DNA of 64,000 bases from contig CBDBGH010000003.1 in the NCBI GenBank assembly GCA_965205265.1, forward strand, positions 4,608,001-4,672,000, given 5' to 3'. The translations under genes and the position numbers were made by a program. This document shows, in pieces, positions 17,840-26,116 of the stretch (position 1 is its first letter; each line of letters starts with the position of its first letter). The notes under the pieces are model-generated. The model saw only the letters and a list, made by a program, of their open reading frames with translations. It made no database searches and had not been told where the DNA came from. Source of the DNA: Alphaproteobacteria bacterium. GTDB lineage: Bacteria; Pseudomonadota; Alphaproteobacteria; Bin95.

Positions 17840-18538
17840 TTGACGGCGGCGATCCGGATCGAGGGCCTGGCGAAGTCCTTCACCCTGCACAACCAGGGGG
17901 GCGTGCGCCTTTCCGTGCTGGCGGGCTTCGACCTCGCCGTGGAGCCGGGCGAGTGCGTGGCGCTTCACGGGCCCTCGGGTATCGGCAAGAGCACGGTGCT
18001 CCGCTGCATCTACGGCAACTACCGGGCCGACGGGGGGCGCATCCTCCTCAGCCATCGGGGCGGGATCGTGGACATGGCGGCGGCGCATCCGCGCGAAATC
18101 ATCGCCGTGCGCCATGAGACTCTCGGCCATGTCAGCCAGTTCCTGCGCGTGATCCCGCGCGTCGCGGCCGAGGACGTGGTCGCCGAAACCCTGCGCAATC
18201 GGGGCGCGGACCGGGAACATGCAACGGAAGCGGCGCGCGCCATGCTGCGGCGCCTCAACATTCCGGCCGCGCTGCACCGGCTGGCGCCGGCGACCTTCTC
18301 CGGCGGCGAACAGCAGCGGGTCAACCTCGCGCGCGTCTTCGTCGCCGACTATCCCGTGCTGCTGCTGGACGAACCGACCGCGTCGCTCGACAGGGAAAAC
18401 CGGGACGCCGCGATCGGCCTCATCCGCGAGGCCGTCCGGCGCGGTGCTGCGATTGTCGGTATTTTCCACGATTCGGGGGTGCGGGACGCCGTGGCGACGC
18501 GGACCGTGCCCCTCTCCGCCGCAAGGGAGGCGGCATGA
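17840..18538 (+). CDS. phnL: C-P lyase system protein PhnL
   Basis: KSFTLHNQGG, GPSGIGKST, VSQFLRVIPR, PATFSGGEQQR, GIFHD. Confidence 0.96.
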   Translation: MTAAIRIEGLAKSFTLHNQGGVRLSVLAGFDLAVEPGECVALHGPSGIGKSTVLRCIYGNYRADGGRILLSHRGGIVDMAAAHPREIIAVRHETLGHVSQFLRVIPRVAAEDVVAETLRNRGADREHATEAARAMLRRLNIPAALHRLAPATFSGGEQQRVNLARVFVADYPVLLLDEPTASLDRENRDAAIGLIREAVRRGAAIVGIFHDSGVRDAVATRTVPLSAAREAA

Positions 18539-19674
18539 TGGCAGGCCTGACCGTTACCAATGCCCGGATCGTCACGCGGGACGAAATCGTGTCCGGCACC
18601 GTCGAGGTGGCTGACGGCCGGTTCTCGGCTGTCGGCGAAGGCTCCGTCGGCTCCGGCGCGGCGCTCGACTTCGAAGGCGATTACCTGCTGCCCGGCCTCG
18701 TCGAGCTCCACACGGACAATCTCGAACGCCAATTCACGCCGCGTCCCGGCGTCGAGTGGCCCGCGGAGACGGCAGTGCTGGCCCATGACAGCCAACTCGC
18801 CGCCGCCGGAATCACGACGGCGCTCGACACCGTGCGGATCGGCGGCGGCGACAAGGCCCGCCCGAAACATCTTACGGGCATGGCGGATGCCGTGAAGGCG
18901 GCGGCGCGGTGGGGCGTGCTGCGCGCCGAGCATTTTCTGCACTTGCGGTGCGAGGTCTCCAGTCCGGGCCTGATGGAACGCTTCCGGCCCTTCATGGACG
19001 ACCCCATGGTCCGCTTGGTTTCCCTGATGGACCACACGCCCGGACAAAGGCAGTTCGTCGATCTCGACAAGCACCGCGAGTATTACCAGGGCCGCTACGG
19101 CCTGAACGACGATGAGATGGACGATTATGTGAAGGCCAAGCAACAGGCGCAGCAGCAGTTCAGCGCCCGCCACCGGACGATGGTCGTCCAGGCGCTGGAG
19201 GGCCGGAACATCGCTCTGGCAAGCCATGACGACGCGACCGTCGAGCATATCGAGGAGTCGGTGCGCGACGGCGTCGCCATCGCCGAATTCCCGACCCGGC
19301 TCGAAGCCGCCGAAGCGGCGCGGCGTCACGGCCTCGCCGTGTTGATGGGCGCGCCCAACCTGGTGCTCGGCGGCTCGCATTCGGGCAACGCCTCCGCTCT
19401 CGACCTTGCCGTTTCGGGCCTGCTGGACATGCTGTCGTCCGACTATGTGCCGTCGAGCACGCTCCAGGGCGTGTTCCTGCTGCGCAACGGCATCCCGGAC
19501 ATGACGCTTCCCCGCGCGGCCAGGGTGGCGACGGCCAATCCCGCGCGGGCGGTCGGGCTGGAGGACCGGGGCGAGATTGCGGAAGGCAAGCGGGCGGACT
19601 TCATCCGCGTCAGGGAGGTCGAGGGCGTTGCGGTCGTGCGCGGCACATGGCGCGAAGGACAGCGGGTCGTCTAG
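18535..19674 (+). CDS. phnM: alpha-D-ribose 1-methylphosphonate 5-triphosphate diphosphatase
   Basis: PGLVELHTDNLE, HLRCE, MDHTPGQRQF, SHDD, AEFP, GGSHSGN, SSDYVP. Confidence 0.96.
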   Translation: MMAGLTVTNARIVTRDEIVSGTVEVADGRFSAVGEGSVGSGAALDFEGDYLLPGLVELHTDNLERQFTPRPGVEWPAETAVLAHDSQLAAAGITTALDTVRIGGGDKARPKHLTGMADAVKAAARWGVLRAEHFLHLRCEVSSPGLMERFRPFMDDPMVRLVSLMDHTPGQRQFVDLDKHREYYQGRYGLNDDEMDDYVKAKQQAQQQFSARHRTMVVQALEGRNIALASHDDATVEHIEESVRDGVAIAEFPTRLEAAEAARRHGLAVLMGAPNLVLGGSHSGNASALDLAVSGLLDMLSSDYVPSSTLQGVFLLRNGIPDMTLPRAARVATANPARAVGLEDRGEIAEGKRADFIRVREVEGVAVVRGTWREGQRVV

Positions 19675-19691
19675 GCGGGAGCGAGGGGCGT

Positions 19692-20237
19692 ATGCCGGCA
19701 GTGGACCGTATTGTGGAAATTCTCGAGACCAACGGCGCGGCGCAGTATGGCGACGAAGCCGTCAGCCAGCTTCAGCATGCCCTGCAATGCGCACATCTTG
19801 CGGAACGATCGGGCGCGCCGGATTCGCTCGTGGCCGCGGCGCTGCTGCATGACTTCGGGCACCTGATCCACAAGCTCGGCGAGGACGCCGCCGTGCGGGG
19901 CATCGACGACCGCCACGAAGCGCTGGGGCGCAAATATCTGGCCCGCTGGTTCGACGAGGACGTAACCGCTCCCATCGGGCTGCATGTCGACGCCAAGCGC
20001 TATCTTTGCGCAACGGAACCGGCCTATTTCGATACCCTGTCGCCCGCTTCCGTGCAAAGCCTGGAGCTGCAGGGCGGCCCCTTCAGCGAGGCCGAAGCTG
20101 CCGCCTTCATCGCACAGCCTCATGCGCAGGATGCGCTCGCCCTGCGCCGCTGGGACGAGCAGGCCAAGGACCCCGGGGCGGTCACGCCGGGCCTTGAGCG
20201 CTATCGTCCGTGCATCGAGGCCTCGATCCGGCATTGA
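19692..20237 (+). CDS. HD-domain diiron oxygenase, PhnZ/TmpB-like
   Basis: YGDEAVSQLQHALQCA, LLHDFGH, HE, HVDAKRYL, SL.LQGG, LRRWDE.AK. Confidence 0.85.
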   Translation: MPAVDRIVEILETNGAAQYGDEAVSQLQHALQCAHLAERSGAPDSLVAAALLHDFGHLIHKLGEDAAVRGIDDRHEALGRKYLARWFDEDVTAPIGLHVDAKRYLCATEPAYFDTLSPASVQSLELQGGPFSEAEAAAFIAQPHAQDALALRRWDEQAKDPGAVTPGLERYRPCIEASIRH

Positions 20238-20788
20238 CCGGCGGCCGCCTCGTCCTGGTCGTGGGCCCGAGCGGCGCCGGGAAGGACACGCTGATCCGGC
20301 AGGCCGAAGCCGAACTGGGTTCCGAGGCCCGCTATCGCTTCCCCCGGCGCTATATCACGCGGCCCGCCGGAGACCCGCATGAGGACCATGTCGCGCTGAC
20401 GGAGGAGGAATTTCTAGCGCGCGAACGGGCCGGCGAATTCAGCCTGGTCTGGCGCGCCCACGGCCTCGGCTACGCGCTGCCCCGAACGGTGGACAGCCTT
20501 GTTGCGGACGGGCTCATCGTCATAGCCAATGTGTCGCGAACCGTCGTCGGGCAAGCCCGAAGCCGGTTCGTGCGCGTCGGCGTCATTCAGGTGACGGCAA
20601 GCGGGGAGACGCTCGCGCTTCGCCTCGCCGGGAGGGACCGCGAATCTGCGGAGGACCGCGCCCGCCGTCTCGCGCGGCCCGCGCCGGCCTTTCCCGACGG
20701 CCCCGATATCCGCACCCTCGTCAATGACGGCCCGCTGGAAGCTGCGGCGGCGGCGTTTCTCGGCCTGCTCCGCTCCTTCGAGCTATGA
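20234..20788 (+). CDS. phnN: ribose 1,5-bisphosphokinase PhnN
   Basis: VVGPSGAGKDTL, RRYITRP, W.AHGL.Y, ANVSR; TTG start overlaps the upstream stop. Confidence 0.92.
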   Translation: MTGGRLVLVVGPSGAGKDTLIRQAEAELGSEARYRFPRRYITRPAGDPHEDHVALTEEEFLARERAGEFSLVWRAHGLGYALPRTVDSLVADGLIVIANVSRTVVGQARSRFVRVGVIQVTASGETLALRLAGRDRESAEDRARRLARPAPAFPDGPDIRTLVNDGPLEAAAAAFLGLLRSFEL

Positions 20789-20797
20789 AGCCGTCTC

Positions 20798-21211
20798 CTA
20801 CTCGGCAGCCTCGGCCGAAACCGGCGCGTCCACGATCCGGGTCTCGAAATTCGCCGGCGCGACGATTTCCAGGACCTCGAAGTCCTTCGAGCAGGCGATC
20901 TCGCGATGCGCGATGCCGGGGCGCTGGTTGATGCAGTCGCCCTTCTCGATGCGGCGCACGCCCTCGCCCTCATATTCGAACTCGGCCCAGCCGTTCAGCA
21001 CCATGACGAACTGGAAGGTGCAGTCATGGACGTGCCAATGCTGCACATCGTCCTTCATTTCCTTGCCGTTCGCCTTGACGATATGGGCGATATAGTCGCC
21101 CTTGGTCGCCGCCTTGATGCCGAGGTCCCGGTATTCGAAGATCTCGCGCAGACCTTCCGTCCAGACGGCCTCCGAGGCCCTGTTGTGGGCAAAGTCCCAA
21201 TTGTCGGTCAT
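20798..21211 (-). CDS. cupin domain protein
   Basis: GLR..FEYRDLG, WHVH...FQ..VL.GW..FEYEG, PGIAHRE. Confidence 0.85.
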   Translation of the reverse strand: MTDNWDFAHNRASEAVWTEGLREIFEYRDLGIKAATKGDYIAHIVKANGKEMKDDVQHWHVHDCTFQFVMVLNGWAEFEYEGEGVRRIEKGDCINQRPGIAHREIACSKDFEVLEIVAPANFETRIVDAPVSAEAAE

Positions 21212-21360
21212 GGCATCCTCCGTTCGATGCTGCCGTCAATCCTACAATCGGCGCCGCGAAGCGTAAATCGGGACGGCGCTTCGTGGTATTGATGCATGGC
21301 TGGAGACTGACCTTGCCGCGCACCGCCGGGGTCGCGGCCGAAGCCCAGGGGAGACCGCCG

Positions 21361-22296
21361 ATGACCGAAGCCCGGACCGACCTCCCGCAATGGCGCGAGC
21401 CGGAGGCGTTGATCGAGACCGGCGCGCTCGAGAAGAGCCTGGGCGCGCCGGAACTGCGCATCGTGGACTGCACCACATGGCTGAGGCCGGCGGAGCCGGG
21501 CGACGACGCCCCTTACCGCGTGGTGCCGGGACGGGCCGAGTATGACGAAGCGCATATCCCGGGCGCCGTCTTCCTGGACCTCCAGGGAATGGCCTCGGAC
21601 CCCGGCACGCGCCTCAAATTCATGGCGCCGTCGCCCGAACGCTTCGCGGAGGCCATGGGCGCGCTCGGCATCGGCGACACCTCCCGCGTGGTGCTCTACT
21701 CGGCCGGCAGCATCATGTGGGCGACCCGCGTCTGGTGGATGCTGCGCGCCTTCGGCTTCGAGCGCGCAGCCGTGCTCGACGGCGGCTGGGGGAAGTGGAA
21801 GGCGGAGGGCCGCCCCGTCTCCTCCGAGCCGGCGCAATATCCGAGGGCGCGTTTCACCGCATCCTTCGCGCCGGACCGGTTCGTGGACCGGGACTATGTG
21901 CTTTCCCGGCTGGACGACGCCGATACCGTCATGGTGAATGCGCTCGCGCCCGCCTTCCATCTCGGCGAGGGGCCGAGCCGCTACGGCAGGCCCGGGCGCA
22001 TCCCCGGCAGCGTCAACGTGCCGGCGTCCGGCCTGCTCGACCCGTCCAACGGGGCCTTCGTGGCGCTGGACGAGGCGCGGCGGCTGCATGAGGAAGCCGG
22101 TATCGACCGGGACCGCCATGTCGTCGCCTATTGCGGCGGCGGCATCTCCGCCACTGTCGGCCTGTTCCTTCTGCACCAGCTCGGCTATGACGACCTGACC
22201 CTCTATGACGGCTCGATGGGAGACTGGGCCCCGGACCCCGGCCTGCCCATAGAAACGGGCCCGCAACCGCCTTCGCGCCGTGGGAGCCAGCCATGA
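21361..22296 (+). CDS. tandem rhodanese sulfurtransferase
   Basis: HIPGAVF, RVWW, LDGG, IPGSVN, active loop YCGGGISA, LYDGS. Confidence 0.9.
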   Translation: MTEARTDLPQWREPEALIETGALEKSLGAPELRIVDCTTWLRPAEPGDDAPYRVVPGRAEYDEAHIPGAVFLDLQGMASDPGTRLKFMAPSPERFAEAMGALGIGDTSRVVLYSAGSIMWATRVWWMLRAFGFERAAVLDGGWGKWKAEGRPVSSEPAQYPRARFTASFAPDRFVDRDYVLSRLDDADTVMVNALAPAFHLGEGPSRYGRPGRIPGSVNVPASGLLDPSNGAFVALDEARRLHEEAGIDRDRHVVAYCGGGISATVGLFLLHQLGYDDLTLYDGSMGDWAPDPGLPIETGPQPPSRRGSQP

Positions 22297-23180
22297 CACT
22301 CCGGTTCCGCAAGCTTCACCCGCATTTCGCCGCCGAGGCGAGCCCGGTCGATCTCCGCCGCGTGCATGACGAGGAGACCCTGGAGAGCATCCGCGCGGCC
22401 ATGGACGAACATGCCGTGCTCGTCTTCCGCGACCAGGCGTTCTCCGGCGGGGAGCAGCTCGATTTCGCCGCCCGGCTCGACGGCGAGTTCCACCGCAAGA
22501 CCGGCTTCAGCGTCCTGCAGAAGAACCGCTTCGGCGACGAGGCGCTCTCCGATGTCTCGAATGTCGAGGCGGACGGGCAGGTGGTGGAAGCGGACAGCCG
22601 CAGGCGCCTCTACGCGCTCGGCAACCGCCTCTGGCACACGGACGCCTCGTTCCAGGACCCGCGCGGGCGCTATTCCATGCTTGCCGCCCTCGTGGTGCCG
22701 CCGGTGCCGGCCGACACCGAGTTCGCGGATATGCGCACCGCATACGACACGCTGCCGGAGGAGACGAAGGCGGGGCTGGAGGGCCTCCGCGTGCACCATT
22801 CCATCGCCCACTCGCGCATGACGCTCGGCTTCGAATTCTCCGAGGAGGAGCGCGACCGGCTCAAGGGCGCGGTCCACCCGCTCGTGCTGACCAACCCGCG
22901 CACCGGGCGGCGCGCGCTCTATCTCGCCTCGCACGCCTCGCGGATACTCGACCGCCCGGTGCCGGAAGGCCGGCTCATCCTGCGCGACCTGACGGAGCAC
23001 GCGACCCGGCCCGAACTCGTCTATCGGCATTCCTGGCGGGACGGCGATTTCGTCATCTGGGACAACCGCGCCACCATGCACCGCGCCTGCCCCTACGAAG
23101 ACACGGTGTACCGCCGGGAAATGCGCCGCGTCACCACGCTGGACACCGGCGACCCGGCGCGGGTTGCACAGCCGGCATAA
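22293..23180 (+). CDS. TauD/TfdA family Fe(II)/2-oxoglutarate dioxygenase
   Basis: WHTDASF, TEFADMR, HPLV, WDNRATMHR. Confidence 0.92.
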   Translation: MTLRFRKLHPHFAAEASPVDLRRVHDEETLESIRAAMDEHAVLVFRDQAFSGGEQLDFAARLDGEFHRKTGFSVLQKNRFGDEALSDVSNVEADGQVVEADSRRRLYALGNRLWHTDASFQDPRGRYSMLAALVVPPVPADTEFADMRTAYDTLPEETKAGLEGLRVHHSIAHSRMTLGFEFSEEERDRLKGAVHPLVLTNPRTGRRALYLASHASRILDRPVPEGRLILRDLTEHATRPELVYRHSWRDGDFVIWDNRATMHRACPYEDTVYRREMRRVTTLDTGDPARVAQPA

Positions 23181-23243
23181 CCGCGTCCCGCCGGTGTGTC
23201 TTTTGCGCCTGAGCGCGCCTTCACCGCTATCGGACCGCCTCGA

Positions 23244-24473
23244 ATGAAGCCCCTCGAAGACATCCGCGTGCTCTCGGTTACGGTGTTCCTCGCCGGCCCG
23301 TTCCTTGGCATGACGCTTGCCCGCTTCGGCGCGGAGGTCATCAAGGTCGAGATGCCGGGGGCGGGCGACCCGATCCGCAGCGCCGGACCCTTTCACGGGC
23401 CGAAAGGAGTGCATGCCGAGCGGCAGACGGAGGACGACCTCTCGGTCCGGTTCCTGAAACGGTCGGAAGGCGTGAAGAGCGTTACGCTCAACCTGAAGGA
23501 CCCGGAAGGGCGCCGGATGTTCCTCGACATGGCGAAGCAGTCCGACGTCGTGATCGAGAACCTCTCGCCCGGCTCCATGAAACGGATGGGACTCGGCTAT
23601 GAGGACATCGCCGCCGTCAATCCGGGCATCGTCTATTGTTCCATCGCCGGCTACGGCCAGACCGGCCCCTACAAGGACCTTCCCGCGCACGACCACCAGA
23701 TCCAGGCCATGTCCGGCATCATGGACATGAACGGGGCGGCCGACGGACCGCCGACGCGGATCGGCGTCTTCGTCGGCGACCTCGTGACGCCGCTCTACGC
23801 CGCCTATTCGATCCTGGGCGCGCTCCGCCACAGGGAGAAGACCGGCGAGGGCCAATATCTCGACGCCTCCATGATCGACACGCTCGCCACCCTCATGTTC
23901 ATGGAGCCGATGGAATATGTGCTGAAGGACGGGCAGCCGGTGCGCGCCGGTAATGACAGCCGCAACGACGTGACCGGCCTCTACCGCCTGAGCGACGGCG
24001 ACGTGATTATCACGGTGGGCCTGTCGCTGCGCCTCGGCGCCCTGCTCGGCGCGCTCGGCGCCCCGGAACTGCTTGAGGAGGCGCGTTTCGCCACCCCGGA
24101 GGCGCGGGAAGCGAATATCGCCGCGCTCAGGGCGGAAATCCAGGCGCGGCTCGGGGCATATAGCTGCGAGGAAGGGATTGCGCTGCTCCAGGGGGCGGGC
24201 GTGCCGGTTGCGCGCGTCCGCACGATCTCGGAAGCGATAGAGGACGGGCATTTCCGCGCGCGCGGCACGCTCAGGCCGATGTTCCGGCAGGGTTCGGACG
24301 AACCGGTGGAGGGCGGGGTCGTCTCGGGGTTCCCGGTCAAATTCTCCGGCGGCGATCTGCCGAAGCTCGACGGCGGCCCGCAGCTCGGCCACCACAATCG
24401 CGAGGTCTTCGGGCGGCTCCTCGGCCTCGACGCAGAGGCCGTGGCCGAGCTTGAGACGCGCGGGGTGGTATAG
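23244..24473 (+). CDS. CaiB/BaiF family III CoA transferase
   Basis: LAGPF..M.LA.FGAEVIKVE, DVVIEN, YCSIAGYGQTGP. Confidence 0.9.
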   Translation: MKPLEDIRVLSVTVFLAGPFLGMTLARFGAEVIKVEMPGAGDPIRSAGPFHGPKGVHAERQTEDDLSVRFLKRSEGVKSVTLNLKDPEGRRMFLDMAKQSDVVIENLSPGSMKRMGLGYEDIAAVNPGIVYCSIAGYGQTGPYKDLPAHDHQIQAMSGIMDMNGAADGPPTRIGVFVGDLVTPLYAAYSILGALRHREKTGEGQYLDASMIDTLATLMFMEPMEYVLKDGQPVRAGNDSRNDVTGLYRLSDGDVIITVGLSLRLGALLGALGAPELLEEARFATPEAREANIAALRAEIQARLGAYSCEEGIALLQGAGVPVARVRTISEAIEDGHFRARGTLRPMFRQGSDEPVEGGVVSGFPVKFSGGDLPKLDGGPQLGHHNREVFGRLLGLDAEAVAELETRGVV

Positions 24474-24511
24474 GGTCGAGCCGCCCGGCGGCAGGAGCGA
24501 GGGAATCGAAG

Positions 24512-24745
24512 GGAGATTACAAAGATAGGTTGACGGGGGAGACCGACGACATTTCTTCCGTCATACCTCAACGCCCCCTCCGTCATACTCGGACTTGTTC
24601 CGGGTATCTCTCTCCACCGCTGCCGCCGGACGGCCGCATGGATACCCGGAACAAGTCCGGGTATGACGATATGGGGGCGGGTTGGACGCCGGAGAGAAGG
24701 TGCGAAGCCTCCCAAACCTGTTGTCAACCTATCCATATAAGCCCC
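24512..24745. mobile_element. non-autonomous MITE, IS1595-family-like
   Basis: Imperfect 23-bp terminal inverted repeats (GGAGATTACAAAGATAGGTTGAC vs GGGGCTTATATGGATAGGTTGAC on the other strand, 18/23), flanked by the 8-bp direct repeat AATCGAAG (24504-24511, 24746-24753). No transposase ORF. Confidence 0.75.
24581..24668. repeat. REP-like palindromic element (copy 2), inside the MITE
   Basis: GTCATACTCGGACTTGTTCCGGGTATC ... GATACCCGGAACAAGTCCGGGTATGAC; same family as 16891-16976. Confidence 0.85.
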
Positions 24746-24800
24746 AATCGAAGGTTGTCTCTGTCCGATCGGAAATATTTAAATAAATTCTCATTACTCC

Positions 24801-24827
24801 TTGACATAAGGGAAAATATGCTACAAT
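24801..24827 (+). promoter_or_regulatory. sigma70-like promoter
   Basis: TTGACA (24801) and TGcTACAAT extended -10 (24819-24827) in an AT-rich patch; the spacer is only 15 bp. Confidence 0.35.
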
Positions 24828-25210
24828 AGCAGCAGAGAGGCGGCTCCCGGGGCCGCCTTTCGCTTTTCTGCGCAGGAAAGCGGCTGGGGGCCGAAAAAAC
24901 CCCGGCGGGAGGCGATGGGAGAAGTGCGTCCGCCGTCTCGCGCGCGCAATCAGGCGCACGAACCGCGCCGGCGCGAAACGCCCGCCCGGCCGCGCACGGG
25001 CGCGCAGGCGATACGCGCGGAAAAGGGTCCCGCCGCAGGCCCGCGGCGGGAGCGGAACCGGATCGAAAGGAAGGACCTGTGCCGAAGACAGACAGGCGAC
25101 GGGACAAGGCGGAATGCCCGGAGCTCCTGCCCGAAACGACAGCGTCATGCCGGAACGGGCATCCGAATATGCGCTGTATGCATGAGGAACATGACACAAC
25201 ATGACATCTC

Positions 25211-25385
25211 GTAACTGCCCAGTGGAGCGGGCCCCTGGGGTCGGACAGTTGGGTTGAAAAGCATTGACAGGTGTGAGGGCACCGGAAGGATAGAGCTCAT
25301 GAGGAAGCACCGTACGAACCGTACATGCAGCATCGCCTTCAAGCGCCAGGTTGCCGAGGAGTATCTCGCCGGCGATATCTCGTCC
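25211..25385 (+). pseudogene. truncated IS3-family left end and OrfA N-terminus
   Basis: End-like GTAACTGCCC..., RBS, ATG at 25299 giving MRKHRTNRTCSIAFKRQVAEEYLAG (IS3 OrfA HTH start); similarity then stops. Confidence 0.65.
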
Positions 25386-25447
25386 TTCTTCGCCGGCCTG
25401 CGCCAGAGCGCGGTCCGTTCGCCGGCGCGAAACAGGAGCGGAAACCG

Positions 25448-26116
25448 ATGACCTTCACCTGCATCGCGCGCGATGCGGCCACGGGCGAGCTCGGCATCGC
25501 GACGGCGACGCGCTCGCTCGCCGTTGGCGTGCGCGTGCCGCACGTCTCGCGCCTCGGAGCGGTCGCCATCATGGCGATTGCCGATTACCGCCTCGGCCGG
25601 CTGGCGCAGGACCTGCTGGCCAACGGGTGCCCCGCCCAGGCGGCGATCGACGCTCTCGTCGCGGCCGATCCCTGGCCCGAATACCGGCAATTGGGGATTA
25701 TCGATGCGGAAGGCCGGGTAGCGGCGCGCACCGGCAGGGAGAACCGGGACTTCGCCGGCCACCATATGCGCGACGGGCTGGTCGCGCTCGGCAATGTGCT
25801 GACCGGCGAGCATGTGCTGGACGCCATAGAGGGAGGCTTTCAGGGCGGCTCGCTGGCGGAACGCCTGCTCGCCGCGCTGGAGGCGGGCCGCGACGCCGGC
25901 GGCCAGCATGGCGGGCAGAACTCCGCCGCCCTCGTCACCTGGGGCGGGCACGACTTCCCGCGCGTCGATCTCAGGGTCGATATCCACGACGAGCCGGTGG
26001 GCGAGCTCAGGCGCGTGTTCGACGCCTGGACGCCCGCAGGCGACTACTACACGGAGCGGCAACTGGACCCCCGCGTGCGCCCCCTGCACGAGACGCTGCC
26101 GGGCCGGGGTTACTGA
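25448..26116 (+). CDS. DUF1028 family (Ntn hydrolase-like) protein
   Basis: MTFTCIARD..TGELG.A..T.SLAVG..VP, RQLGIID, GN.L, DLRVD.HDEP..EL.R. Confidence 0.85.
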   Translation: MTFTCIARDAATGELGIATATRSLAVGVRVPHVSRLGAVAIMAIADYRLGRLAQDLLANGCPAQAAIDALVAADPWPEYRQLGIIDAEGRVAARTGRENRDFAGHHMRDGLVALGNVLTGEHVLDAIEGGFQGGSLAERLLAALEAGRDAGGQHGGQNSAALVTWGGHDFPRVDLRVDIHDEPVGELRRVFDAWTPAGDYYTERQLDPRVRPLHETLPGRGY

